This document shows, one piece after another, positions 63,567-64,000 of a DNA stretch of 64,000 nucleotides. The position numbers were made by a program, and so were the translations under genes. The stretch is from Okamejei kenojei (Eukaryota). The stretch lies in NCBI GenBank assembly GCA_035221665.1, contig CM069132.1:117738001-117802000 (forward strand), given 5' to 3'. The notes below the pieces were generated by a model. That model saw only the letters and a program-made list of their open reading frames with translations, ran no database searches and was not told where the DNA came from. The number at the start of each line of letters is the position of its first letter. Within the stretch, counting starts at the first letter, position 1.

Positions 63567-63847
63567 AGGGCGGCACTGTGGTGCAGCAGCAGAGTTGCAG
63601 CCAGAGACCCAAGTTCAATCCTGACTAAGGTTGCTGTCTGTATGGAGTTTGTACTTTCTCCCTGAGAGCCTGTGGGTTTTCTCCGAGTGCTCTGGTTTCC
63701 TCCCGCACTCGAAAGAAGTGGAGTCAATTGGCTTTAGTAAATTTGTAAATTGTCCCTAGTGTGCACGATAGTGCTGGTGTAGTGGATCGCTGGGCGGCGG
63801 GGATGCTGTGGGCCGAAAGGCTGTATTTCCAAACCAAACTAAACTAA
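63567..63847 (+). mobile_element. HE1-type V-SINE
   Basis: gggcggcactgtggtgcagc head, V-domain, caaactaaactaaa tail. Confidence 0.87.
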
Positions 63848-64000
63848 AGATCAATTAAATGCACTCACAGATATGTGGAAGAGCTCAGCAGCCAATTTGT
63901 GCGAAGCAAGACCAATCAGACAGCACTCAGTTAAAATATAATTTATTTTCTCTTTGTTTATATTGACTGCTGAAGGAATGTTGGGCTTAATAGAATTTGC

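Overview
Eukaryotic, repeat-rich DNA from a cartilaginous fish. The HE1-type V-SINEs and HER1/CR1 LINEs point to an elasmobranch, probably a skate or ray; this is inference. The window is the 5' intronic/alternative-promoter region of a voltage-gated Ca2+ channel beta-2 gene (CACNB2) on the + strand. It contains the beta2e-type first exon (61241-61309, MKATWIRILKRAKGGRLKNSDLC) and the first common exon (61994-62113, [11 protein letters not shown]...LEKAK). A CpG-rich candidate first exon at 34130-34162 (MYLYGQEEPEE) resembles the beta3/beta4a N-terminus. Nearly all long ORFs in the supplied track are decayed retrotransposons (CR1, Rex1/Babar-like, L1/Tx1, Penelope). Also present: a non-autonomous Helitron, hAT-like and PIF/Harbinger-like MITEs, and a tRNA-Lys(TTT) pseudogene. 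The main unexplained signal is a 148-bp TSD-flanked short retroelement (26629-26776, minus). Its first 54 nt fold as a minimal HDV-like self-cleaving ribozyme with a CPEB3-identical L3 loop, and the predicted cleavage site is exactly the element's 5' end. Other highlights are mobile Penelope hammerhead-like mini-modules, a 4x CRE/GC-box array carried by a transposon, and several templated-insertion junctions. Repeat boundaries without TSDs are approximate.
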